41,850 nucleotides of DNA. Origin: a virus. The position numbers were made by a program, and so were the translations under genes. Where the stretch lies: the IMG/VR virus record IMGVR_UViG_3300045988_136506; one strand, written 5' to 3'. Shown piece by piece: positions 7,324 to 15,734 of this stretch (its first letter is position 1; every line of letters starts with the position of its first letter). The notes under the pieces are model-generated. The model did not search any database and was not told the origin of the DNA. It saw only the letters and a list, made by a program, of their open reading frames with translations.

Positions 7324-8436
7324 ATGGCACAAATATCAACACGTAAGAGAGGTAATACATGGGAGTATAGTTTTGAAATAGCATCTGTTGATGGAAAACG
7401 TAAAAGAAAATCAAAAGGTGGATTTAGAACTAAAAAAGAATGTTTAGAAGCTGGAACTAAAGCTAAAGCTGAATATGACAGTTGTGGAACAGTTAATAAT
7501 GAAACAATGATGTCAGTTAGTGACTGGTTAGATATTTGGTATAAAGATTGTATTGATAAAAGATATAAACCAGCTACTAAAGAAACTTATAACTCAGTTA
7601 TTAGACAGATAAAAAGACAGTTTGGTAATTATCGATTAGCTTCTTTAACACCACTTGCAATAAATAAATGGTTCAATGAGTTAATTGATGAAGGTTATGC
7701 TACTAGTACTGTTAGAAATGTTAGAAGAATCTTAAATGGAGCTTTAAATTATGCATATCAAATGTGTGTTATTAAAGAGAATCCGTGCTCTAGAGTTAGA
7801 ATTAAAACTTCAGATTCAGAAAAATTTAAAAATACATTAATAGTTACACCTGATTTATTTGAAAAGATATTAAAAAAATTTGATACTAAAGTAACTTATT
7901 ATAGAATACCATTTCTTATTGGTTGGTTCACTGGTATGAGAGGTGGTGAAGTATTAGGTTTAACTTGGGATGATGTTGATTTTGAAAATAAAACTATTCA
8001 TGTATGTAAAACTCAAACATGGGCATTTAATCAAATTCATATACATTATCCAAAGACACCAAGATCAGTACGTGATATAGCAGTTGGAGATAAGCTTATA
8101 AATGAATTAAAAGCCTGGAGAGAGGTTCAAATAGACAACGCTAATAAATTAGATATGGAAGCTCCTAAATTCATTTGTACAAGAAATAATTTAACATTAT
8201 TAAGCGTTATTAATTTAAGACACCAAAGTATGTCAGTTGCTAGAGAATTGGATATAGATTTTCACTTTCATTGTTTAAGACATACTCATGCTACACTGTT
8301 AATAAAGAATGGAGTATCTGTTAAAGAAGTTCAAGCTAGATTAGGTCATACATCTATACAAACAACATTAGATATTTATACTCATATTAAAGCATCTGAA
8401 AGTATAAAATCAGTTGATGTTTTTGAAAATTTTTAA
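7324..8436 (+). CDS. int: tyrosine recombinase (phage integrase family)
   Basis: Box I: MRGGEVLGLTWDDV. Box II: HCLRHTHATLLIKNGVSVKEVQARLGH...LDIYTH, i.e. H-x-L-R-H ... Y. It has an N-terminal SAM-like arm-binding region and the RBS AAGGAGG. Confidence 0.9.
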   Translation: MAQISTRKRGNTWEYSFEIASVDGKRKRKSKGGFRTKKECLEAGTKAKAEYDSCGTVNNETMMSVSDWLDIWYKDCIDKRYKPATKETYNSVIRQIKRQFGNYRLASLTPLAINKWFNELIDEGYATSTVRNVRRILNGALNYAYQMCVIKENPCSRVRIKTSDSEKFKNTLIVTPDLFEKILKKFDTKVTYYRIPFLIGWFTGMRGGEVLGLTWDDVDFENKTIHVCKTQTWAFNQIHIHYPKTPRSVRDIAVGDKLINELKAWREVQIDNANKLDMEAPKFICTRNNLTLLSVINLRHQSMSVARELDIDFHFHCLRHTHATLLIKNGVSVKEVQARLGHTSIQTTLDIYTHIKASESIKSVDVFENF

Positions 8437-8665
8437 TGTTGACAAATGGTAGACAATTTAACAGTAATACAGCCTCGAAATAAGTAATTAACTTATCCCA
8501 AGGCTTAAATTTACTTTTCTTTTATATTTAAGTAGATTAATAACTAAGAGTATTCAAGTGTAACTAAGTGTTGAAATAATAAGTGTTACAGTTAATATAT
8601 TATATTCTATTATCATTATATGTATTCATTATTAACTTGCTGATTGTTGACAAAATGTTGGCACT

Positions 8666-8698
8666 GAGGGTAATTTTATTACCCTCTTTTATTTTGTT
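8666..8698 (+). terminator. rho-independent terminator downstream of int
   Basis: Perfect hairpin GAGGGTAAT-ttt-ATTACCCTC (8666-8686) followed by TTTTATTTTGTT. Confidence 0.65.
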
Positions 8699-8740
8699 AT
8701 ATTAAATTATCAGAAAATTAAAAATATTTTGAAAATGTTA

Positions 8741-8769
8741 TTGACAATGACAATTCAAAGAGCTAAAAT
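8741..8769 (+). promoter_or_regulatory. sigma-70-type promoter (TTGACA-17-TAAAAT) for the 8798-12776 operon, overlapping TGACAATGACAAT operator-like half-sites
   Basis: TTGACA at 8741-8746, the spacer atgacaattcaaagagc, then TAAAAT. TTGTTGACAAA-type sites also occur at 8448-8460 and 8643-8656. Confidence 0.55.
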
Positions 8770-8797
8770 ATGCGTGTAATCAAAAGGAGGTTACAAT

Positions 8798-9412
8798 ATG
8801 ACAACATTATTAGTAAATTTCACTGAAAGCGAAAAACAAGGAAGAAGATTTATTTATACAGACTATGAAGATATAGTTGTATATAAAGAAAACGAAAACG
8901 ATAGATTAGTTTTTGTTAAAGAAGTAAATCATAAGAAAAATTTATCATCTTTAAATATCAAAATGGAACTTAAAGGTAAAAGAACTAAAGAAGAATTATT
9001 AGAAGCTATTGAAAAAAGAGATAGAAAAATTATAAGAGAAGAAAAAGCTAGAAAAGCTTTAATTAAAAGGGATTTTAGAAAAGTTTTAAATCTTGTTAGA
9101 TACTCCAAAAAGTATGAACAACTATTAAGTATTTATGAAAGAATCTATAATGAAGAAAAAAGAAACGAAATTTTAAAAACATTAATTACATTTAAAAAAA
9201 TTAACAAATCACCTTATTCAAATTCTTTCTATGATAGTGATAATATCGATTGGGATTCCAAACCTGAAGGTTCATTAAGATTGTCCGATCACTGGAACTT
9301 TTACTCTTGGGGAGAACAACACTGTTGCTTAGATTGCACAGATGAATATACTCAAAAATGGTTATTATGCCAATATCAAAATGGCGTTTATCACGTAGTT
9401 AAAGAACTTTAG
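8798..9412 (+). CDS. hypothetical protein (first gene of the int-adjacent operon); charged/basic middle region, Cys/His/Trp-rich C-terminus
   Basis: 204-aa ORF with the RBS AAAGGAGG. The C-terminus reads HWNFYSWGEQHCCLDCTDEYTQKW. No known family is recognised. Confidence 0.5.
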   Translation: MTTLLVNFTESEKQGRRFIYTDYEDIVVYKENENDRLVFVKEVNHKKNLSSLNIKMELKGKRTKEELLEAIEKRDRKIIREEKARKALIKRDFRKVLNLVRYSKKYEQLLSIYERIYNEEKRNEILKTLITFKKINKSPYSNSFYDSDNIDWDSKPEGSLRLSDHWNFYSWGEQHCCLDCTDEYTQKWLLCQYQNGVYHVVKEL

Positions 9413-9424
9413 GAGAAAATAAAT

Positions 9425-9814
9425 ATGTGGAAAAATATTCAAATCAACAAACAAAATATTAAAGCTGAAACTATGAAAGCAGTATTAATCCAGATGCCAC
9501 ACAATTCAAATTACGATGGTTTCAGTTTCTGGCATCCTTCAAAATTAGTAAGAACTGGCTACAATTCAAACGCTTTAAGTATTGGTTATAATGATGATTT
9601 TACTTTTAAATTAATTAAGCATGGTAAAGGTAAATATAATTCAAGAGATATTATAGCTGAAGAAGTAATAGGTGTTGAAGAATTTGAAGAAGCTTTTGGG
9701 GCAATGAATGAAAATATTACTGCCCCTCATACAAAAAATATTTATGAAACACACAAACCAGCTCCACTGGAAGTAAAAGAAGTTTCAGTATTGGATGAAT
9801 TGAAAGATGAATAA
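9425..9814 (+). CDS. hypothetical protein
   Basis: 129-aa ORF with an RBS GGAG 8 nt upstream. Its stop overlaps the start of the next gene (ATGAATAA). Confidence 0.5.
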   Translation: MWKNIQINKQNIKAETMKAVLIQMPHNSNYDGFSFWHPSKLVRTGYNSNALSIGYNDDFTFKLIKHGKGKYNSRDIIAEEVIGVEEFEEAFGAMNENITAPHTKNIYETHKPAPLEVKEVSVLDELKDE

Positions 9815-11021
9815 TCAAGAATTAGCAATTGCTAAATTATCCAAATTAAAAGTCGGTGCTTTGTTCATGGAAATGGGTACTGGTAAAACAAAAGTTGCAC
9901 TTGATTTGATAGCTTCTAAAAAAGATAAAATTAATTACATTCTTTGGATTTGCCCATTTTCAATTAAACAAGAAATCGAACAAGAACGCCTAAAGTGGCA
10001 TCCTGAGCTAAAAATAGACATTATAGGTGTTGAAACTATTTCACAAAGTAGTAAAGAATATTTGAGAGTTTTTAACAAAGTAATTGAATCAAAATCATTC
10101 ATTGTAGTGGATGAAAGTCTTAAAATTAAGAATATGACCGCCAAAAGAACTAAGCGGATACTTAAGCTTGGAAGCTATGCCAAGTACAAGCTTATCTTGA
10201 ACGGAACACCTCTATCAAAAAATGTCCTTGATTTATACCCCCAAATGGAGTTTTTATCCCCTAAAATACTCAATATGTCTATTACCCAATTCCGAAATCA
10301 GTATTGCGAATATTACCTTCAAGGAAGGCTTAAAAACAAGGTTAAAAAACAATATAACATTGAACATTTAGTTTCATTAATAAAACCATACATATTTGAC
10401 AGTAAACTAGATCTTGGCAAGGATAAGACTTACCACCAAATAAATTACTCAATCGAAGACCTGGAAGAATATGAAAACATTAAACATGGCTTTCTTGGAT
10501 TTGATAATGATATTGCGTTCTTCTCTTTGGCTACACTACTCCAGAAGCATTATTGCACTCAAAAAAGTAGACTTGAGCTAATGAGAAAAACAATAAATTC
10601 TATTGATGGGCAAGTGATAGTATTTGTTAAATATCTTGACAGTATCCCTAGTGAAGAAACTCACAAGATTATTGGTGATATGAGTAATTCTAAAAGAGAT
10701 ACTATCATCCAGGAATTTAGAGAAGGTAAATTTAAAACACTGTACATAACTTATGGTTGTGGTTCATTCGGTTTAAATTTACAAAATTGCAGAAACATTA
10801 TATTTGCTGATCATACTTTTGATTATTCCCAACGGATTCAAGCTGAAGCTAGAATATTCAGAATGGGGCAAGAATATGATGTTGATTACTATGATATGAA
10901 TTGCAATTGTGGATTGGATAAACTTATCCGTGGATGCTTAAACAAAAAAATTAAATTACTTGATGAAGTTAAAGAAGAAATTGAAAAGAAAGGAGTTGAA
11001 GAATGGCTAAAAACTATTTAG
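9807..11021 (+). CDS. SNF2-like ATPase/helicase; a short second paralogue of the gene at 4285..5574
   Basis: Motif I MEMGTGKTKVALD, motif II VVDESLKIKN, motif VI QRIQAEARIFRMGQ. The 404-aa ORF overlaps the downstream gene by 19 nt. Confidence 0.7.
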   Translation: MNNQELAIAKLSKLKVGALFMEMGTGKTKVALDLIASKKDKINYILWICPFSIKQEIEQERLKWHPELKIDIIGVETISQSSKEYLRVFNKVIESKSFIVVDESLKIKNMTAKRTKRILKLGSYAKYKLILNGTPLSKNVLDLYPQMEFLSPKILNMSITQFRNQYCEYYLQGRLKNKVKKQYNIEHLVSLIKPYIFDSKLDLGKDKTYHQINYSIEDLEEYENIKHGFLGFDNDIAFFSLATLLQKHYCTQKSRLELMRKTINSIDGQVIVFVKYLDSIPSEETHKIIGDMSNSKRDTIIQEFREGKFKTLYITYGCGSFGLNLQNCRNIIFADHTFDYSQRIQAEARIFRMGQEYDVDYYDMNCNCGLDKLIRGCLNKKIKLLDEVKEEIEKKGVEEWLKTI

Positions 11022-12277
11022 ATAAAAATGTATATCAGCTAGCACTAGAACGCATAGCTTATTTATTTAATGAGTTTGATAATGTTCTAGTGGCTTTTAG
11101 TGGTGGAAAAGATAGTACTGTATGTCTTGAGTTATGCTATGACTATGCTAAGGAAAACGGCTTATTAAACAAGTTGTCAATGTATCACTTAGATTATGAA
11201 GCTCAATACCAAATGACTACCGATTTTGTAGATGAAACGTTCAAGCGCTATTCTGATATTGAGAGATATTGGCTTTGTCTTCCAATTAAAGCTCAATGCT
11301 GTACTAGTATGACATCTGGGTATTGGATTCCATGGGAAGAATCTAAAAGAGCTATTTGGGTTAGAAAAATGCCTACATATGATTACGTTATTAATCAGCA
11401 TAATTGCCAGTTTGATTACCACGGCTTTGATTATGATGTTCAAGATAGATTTTGCGATTGGTTTAAATCAAAACACGGTAAAACAGCTGTTGTAATAGGA
11501 ATAAGAACGGATGAATCGTTAAACCGATTTAGAGCAATAGCGAGTGATCACGCTGTTAAATATAAGGGTAAATCATGGATTAATGGAAACAAGGCTTATC
11601 CAATTTATGATTGGCATGTTCAAGATGATTGGATATATTTTGGAAAGTTTGCTAAGCGATACAATAAGTTATATGATTTGTACTATCAATCTGGGCTAAG
11701 CGTTGACCAAATGAGAGTCGCAAGTCCATTCAATGATTGTGCATCAAACACCTTAAAACTCTATAAAGTTATTGATCCAAATAACTGGGGAAAGATGATT
11801 GGTAGAGTTAACGGTGTTAATTTTACCGCTATTTATGGTGGAACTACTGCTATGGGATGGAATAAAATAACTAAACCTAAAGATTTTACATGGAAGCAGT
11901 ATTGTTATTTTTTGCTCAATACTTTGGATGAAAAAACAAAGCAACATTACTTAAACAAATTAAACACTTCAATTAAGTTTTGGAAAGATAAAGGCGGTTG
12001 TTTAAGCGATGAAACAATTAAAGAATTGCAAAAAGACAACATTAATTATATAGATAAAGGCTATACCAGTAATTATAGTACCAATAAAAAAGTAATTGCA
12101 TTTAATGACTATTTAGATGATACAAATGTAACCAATTTTAAAGAATTACCAACATATAAACGTATGTGTATTTGTATAATTAAAAATGACTATTATTGTA
12201 AATATATGGGCTTTAGCCAAACCAAAAATGAAATAGAGAAAAGAAAGAGAGCTATAGAAAAATATGCAAAATTATAA
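11003..12277 (+). CDS. PAPS-reductase-family (PP-loop ATP pyrophosphatase) protein, IbrA-like
   Basis: PP-loop AFSGGKDSTVCLEL near the N-terminus. The 424 aa size with a long C-terminal extension matches IbrA-type proteins. It is translationally coupled to the downstream ParB-like gene. Confidence 0.7.
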   Translation: MAKNYLDKNVYQLALERIAYLFNEFDNVLVAFSGGKDSTVCLELCYDYAKENGLLNKLSMYHLDYEAQYQMTTDFVDETFKRYSDIERYWLCLPIKAQCCTSMTSGYWIPWEESKRAIWVRKMPTYDYVINQHNCQFDYHGFDYDVQDRFCDWFKSKHGKTAVVIGIRTDESLNRFRAIASDHAVKYKGKSWINGNKAYPIYDWHVQDDWIYFGKFAKRYNKLYDLYYQSGLSVDQMRVASPFNDCASNTLKLYKVIDPNNWGKMIGRVNGVNFTAIYGGTTAMGWNKITKPKDFTWKQYCYFLLNTLDEKTKQHYLNKLNTSIKFWKDKGGCLSDETIKELQKDNINYIDKGYTSNYSTNKKVIAFNDYLDDTNVTNFKELPTYKRMCICIIKNDYYCKYMGFSQTKNEIEKRKRAIEKYAKL

Positions 12278-12776
12278 ATCACCAGTTTACAATGTTAAAG
12301 CTGTACCAATAGAAAAGATACAAGCAAACGCTTATAACCCTAATCATGTTGCCGTGCCAGAAATGAAGCTTCTTTATAAGTCAATTCTTGAAGATGGATA
12401 TACTATGCCAATAGTGTGTTATTATCTTAAAGATCAAGATAAATATGAAATTGTAGATGGATTCCATAGATATAGAACAATGCTGGAACACAAGGATATT
12501 TACGAACGTGAAAATGGATGTCTTCCAGTAGTTGTAATTGATAAAGATTTATCCAATAGAATGGCTTCAACCATCCGCCATAATAGAGCTAGAGGTTCAC
12601 ATTCGATTGAATTAATGACTAATATAGTTGCTGATTTAGTTAAGAGTGGAATGTCGGATGCATGGATTATGAAAAATATAGGTATGGATGCTGAAGAACT
12701 TCTTAGACTTAAGCAAATAAGCGGACTTGCTGAGTTATTCAAGGATAAAGAGTTCAGTAAAGGTTGGGAAGAATAG
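12264..12776 (+). CDS. ParB/Srx-fold nuclease-domain protein, IbrB-like
   Basis: ParB N-domain motif VDGFHRYRT and the Arg-rich segment HNRARGSHS. The 170-aa ORF overlaps the PAPS-reductase gene by 14 nt. Confidence 0.7.
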   Translation: MQNYKSPVYNVKAVPIEKIQANAYNPNHVAVPEMKLLYKSILEDGYTMPIVCYYLKDQDKYEIVDGFHRYRTMLEHKDIYERENGCLPVVVIDKDLSNRMASTIRHNRARGSHSIELMTNIVADLVKSGMSDAWIMKNIGMDAEELLRLKQISGLAELFKDKEFSKGWEE

Positions 12777-12781
12777 CAAAT

Positions 12782-12818
12782 AAGCCCTAAAACAAACGTT
12801 CTAGGGCTTTTCTCTTAG
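12782..12818 (+). terminator. rho-independent terminator ending the rightward operon
   Basis: AAGCCCTA-12nt-TAGGGCTT followed by TTTCTCTT. Confidence 0.55.
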
Positions 12819-12878
12819 CATCTCGAATAATAACTCTATCAAGCGTTCTAAACGCTCTATGCGCTCTTTATCACTCAT
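12801..12878 (-). CDS. 25-aa micro-ORF (MSDKERIERLERLIELLFEMLREKP) with a strong RBS, lying between two terminators
   Basis: GAGGTGG lies 4 nt upstream of the ATG at 12878. The stop TAG (12801-12803) is embedded in the terminator stem. The peptide is predicted to be amphipathic and helical. Confidence 0.3.
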   Translation of the reverse strand: MSDKERIERLERLIELLFEMLREKP

Positions 12879-12904
12879 ATAACCACCTCATTTAGATTGT
12901 GGAC

Positions 12905-12947
12905 AAAAATAAAAAAGCCTAAACACTTAAGTTTAGACTTTTTTATT
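12905..12947. terminator. bidirectional rho-independent terminator (A-run / GCCTAAAC-acttaa-GTTTAGAC / T-run) closing the leftward late operon
   Basis: Stem 12917-12924 / 12931-12938, flanked by AAAAATAAAAAA upstream and TTTTTTATT downstream. Confidence 0.6.
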
Positions 12948-13014
12948 GAAAAATGGAGAAAATATAATCCGAAAGTAGTCTAACCACTGCTACTTATAAT
13001 TTAATTATACTCCT

Positions 13015-13326
13015 TTATTTTTTGGATTCAATCTTTTTAGTTTGTTTTTTAGCGTATTCTTCAATTTTATCGAAAGCCTTTTGAACTAACTTTTCTATAA
13101 AGTCTTTTGTAAAAATCATTTTATATGGAAGTGGTACTAATGAATAGAGATCATCAACTACACGCTTCATCTTCTCTTTACCATCGACTCCAGCTATTTC
13201 AGCATCATTAATGCTTCCACTAACACTGGATTCCAATTTTGCTTTAATCTTGAAGTAGTATGTTAGTAAAGTAATTATGATTCCTAATACGACTAATACA
13301 ATATTGATAATTTCATTTATATTCAT
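13015..13326 (-). CDS. holin-like protein with an N-terminal transmembrane helix and a charged C-terminal tail
   Basis: TM segment IINIVLVVLGIIITLLTYYF followed by a Lys/Glu-rich tail. It is the last gene of the late operon. Confidence 0.45.
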   Translation of the reverse strand: MNINEIINIVLVVLGIIITLLTYYFKIKAKLESSVSGSINDAEIAGVDGKEKMKRVVDDLYSLVPLPYKMIFTKDFIEKLVQKAFDKIEEYAKKQTKKIESKK

Positions 13327-13327
13327 T

Positions 13328-13639
13328 TTATTTTATCCCCAATCTGCTTAATAAATATCCTAATAATGCACCAACTAGTGTTGTGATAATTAAGCTTACT
13401 ATCTGTTCCCAACGCCTAGCTGGTTTAGCTTCTAATTCAGCAAGTCTCTTACCTTGCTCTTCTTGTTTTTCATTCATGGTGTTCATATTAATAGCTAATT
13501 CTTTAACACTCATAGCTAAGTTATTAATAGCTTTTGACTGCTCTTCAACTTTATCCATTCGCCTTTTAAGTGACTTAATATTCTCATCATGGTTTGTTAG
13601 TTCTTTTGTAATTTTAATTTCATTTATATTATTTTCCAT
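13328..13639 (-). CDS. XhlA-like (haemolysin XhlA family) lysis-associated membrane protein
   Basis: N-terminal coiled coil (IKSLKRRMDKVEEQSKAINNL...) and a single C-terminal TM helix (IVSLIITTLVGALLGYLLSRLGIK). This is the XhlA architecture of PBSX-type lysis modules. Confidence 0.5.
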   Translation of the reverse strand: MENNINEIKITKELTNHDENIKSLKRRMDKVEEQSKAINNLAMSVKELAINMNTMNEKQEEQGKRLAELEAKPARRWEQIVSLIITTLVGALLGYLLSRLGIK

Positions 13640-13648
13640 GTTATTCTC

Positions 13649-14320
13649 CTAAGTTGTGATTGTGATTAATTCAAGCGGATAATTTGAGAAATAGCCCCAT
13701 TCATTGGTTGCGACTTGATCAGCGACTGCTCTAAAGTATTCACTATCAGAAGTGCCTATTGTGCCTTGATTTGGAAATGCGTTTAAAACTAACTTGATAC
13801 TATTCCCACTTATATTATAAGATGCTCTAAATGTTTTTGCACTACCATTTGTGTCAATTACTCCTGTTTGTGATTCATCATTATATCTGTTAAATACATG
13901 GCTTGAAACAATACACATGTTATTAGGAAGTTTAGTGATACTGAAGTAACCATCATTCGTATTACTAAAACACACTAGAGATGTGAATGTAACACCTACA
14001 CTACCCATAGCTAAAGTAACTTCGTTTGGATAAACTAGTTCTCCATCATCATTTTCAGTTGCTTCAGGAACGGTAACATTAAATCCACTAAAACTACCAG
14101 CTGTTATAGCTTCACTAATTACTGGTGTATCACCACTACTACTCCCAGTTGGAATAGATAATATACACTGTGCTAAATTAGCTGAATTCTTATTTGTTGG
14201 TATAGATGTTGCCTTTTTAGTAATACAAGCGTTGTAAGCATTGCTAATATTGGATTTAAGCCCATTTATAGCCGTTTCTAGGCTTGTTAAATCAAAAGCC
14301 ATATATTTACACTCCCCCAA
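13649..14320 (-). CDS. tail-tip / receptor-binding-associated structural protein (hypothetical)
   Basis: 223-aa Ser/Thr/Asn-rich ORF overlapping the Tal-like gene by 14 nt. It shows no lysin motifs. Confidence 0.4.
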   Translation of the reverse strand: MGECKYMAFDLTSLETAINGLKSNISNAYNACITKKATSIPTNKNSANLAQCILSIPTGSSSGDTPVISEAITAGSFSGFNVTVPEATENDDGELVYPNEVTLAMGSVGVTFTSLVCFSNTNDGYFSITKLPNNMCIVSSHVFNRYNDESQTGVIDTNGSAKTFRASYNISGNSIKLVLNAFPNQGTIGTSDSEYFRAVADQVATNEWGYFSNYPLELITITT

Positions 14321-15734
14321 TCAAATTAGCCAGTCTATCAAACGCATTTTGAACATCAGCTTTTAAAGCGTATTTACTTAAATCAGTATCACTACCAGTA
14401 CCTTTTTGGCGGTTAAAGAAGTCTTTAGTCTTATTGTCAAAGTCATTATTTTTTACATAATCTTTTAACTTATTATCATAATCTTTAAACTCATTGTCAT
14501 AATCCTTAAAGTTATTATTATAATCGTTAAACTTTTTATCATAATCATTGAAAGTTTTTTTAGTTTCATCAATCTTTTTAGAAGCTGAACTATTAATATC
14601 TATTGATATTCTTTCTTCATCACCAAGTACAATAGTAGTTTTATCTGGTTGATTTATATTAATTGTCATTTTTTGGACTATCATATAATTATCATCCAGC
14701 TTGTGAACTAAACTATATACTTTTACTTTTTGTCCTACTCGGAATGATTCGATATTAACATCTAACAGGTGTAAATCAAAAGCGTTTAATTCTATGTTTT
14801 TGGCTAACTTTTTATAGTAGTTAAGCTGTTCTTTAGCGTTTTTAACTAATTGTTGTGTGTCTTTTTCGACTCCATCCCACACTAGTACTTTAAATATCTT
14901 ACCGTATGTTTGAACTGCTTTTTCATCGTAGATATAATCAGTACCTTTTTCATGCTTGATAGTTCCATCAGTAAAATCTTCAACATCCGTAATATCTAAC
15001 TTATACTCGACTTTTTCTTCATCCTTACCATCAGTTTTAGTTGTTGCACCTAAAGGAATAATAGCTGTGGCTATTTCTTCACCTTTAATAGTTCTAGTTA
15101 AAGTTAATAAGTTTTTACCAAATTGAATTATTTGATTATTGACTGGTAATTGTTTAGAAGTAAGATAATCCAAGTATTTAATATTGTTGTGAATTCTAGG
15201 TATTAAATAAGTGTGATTAAAAGTATTTATCAAATCTTCATTTAAAGTTGTTAAAGTATCATCATAAGAAGATATCTTATAAAATGTGGCGGAAGAATCG
15301 ACTTCAGTAACGTTACCTACACTGAACTGCTTATATTGATCTACTTGTGAATTGTGGATGTTAATAACATCAGTCAAGTAGTCTTTAATTTTAGTATCAC
15401 CTTTTAATGAATATGATTTGGCTCTTTGAACTGAGTCTAACAAGTATCCCAGCATACCTTCACAAGAAATAGTTTTAAAATTATAAATATCAGTTTCATC
15501 ATTTAAAACTCTTCCGCAAAAGATTACATCACCATCTTGGACTAAATAAACTTCGGATAAATGCTTTTTTATATCACTAAAATATGGATGTGTTGGACTA
15601 ATTTTAAAGCTGAGTGAGCCAGTCTTATTAAGCTCTAGCTCACAAACAGCATTTGCAACTTTTAAGTTGTTACTTCTCGAATCGTGAATAATATATCTTT
15701 CACCATCGTGGTTATCCATAATTATTTGATACAT
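14307..15734 (-). CDS. tail-associated protein (Tal-like; siphovirus 'prophage tail endopeptidase' family position)
   Basis: 475-aa ORF immediately after Dit, with its start overlapping the Dit stop. The C-terminus carries the reiterated motif (K/N)DYD(K/N)(K/E)F: NDYDKKFNDYNNNFKDYDNEFKDYDNKLKDY. Confidence 0.55.
   Translation of the reverse strand: MYQIIMDNHDGERYIIHDSRSNNLKVANAVCELELNKTGSLSFKISPTHPYFSDIKKHLSEVYLVQDGDVIFCGRVLNDETDIYNFKTISCEGMLGYLLDSVQRAKSYSLKGDTKIKDYLTDVINIHNSQVDQYKQFSVGNVTEVDSSATFYKISSYDDTLTTLNEDLINTFNHTYLIPRIHNNIKYLDYLTSKQLPVNNQIIQFGKNLLTLTRTIKGEEIATAIIPLGATTKTDGKDEEKVEYKLDITDVEDFTDGTIKHEKGTDYIYDEKAVQTYGKIFKVLVWDGVEKDTQQLVKNAKEQLNYYKKLAKNIELNAFDLHLLDVNIESFRVGQKVKVYSLVHKLDDNYMIVQKMTININQPDKTTIVLGDEERISIDINSSASKKIDETKKTFNDYDKKFNDYNNNFKDYDNEFKDYDNKLKDYVKNNDFDNKTKDFFNRQKGTGSDTDLSKYALKADVQNAFDRLANLIGGV

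Noticed and set aside
8643-8665. GATTGTTGACAAAATG read as an additional promoter
   Set aside because: The candidate -10 is poor and it runs straight into the int terminator hairpin. It is more likely an operator-type half-site than a promoter.
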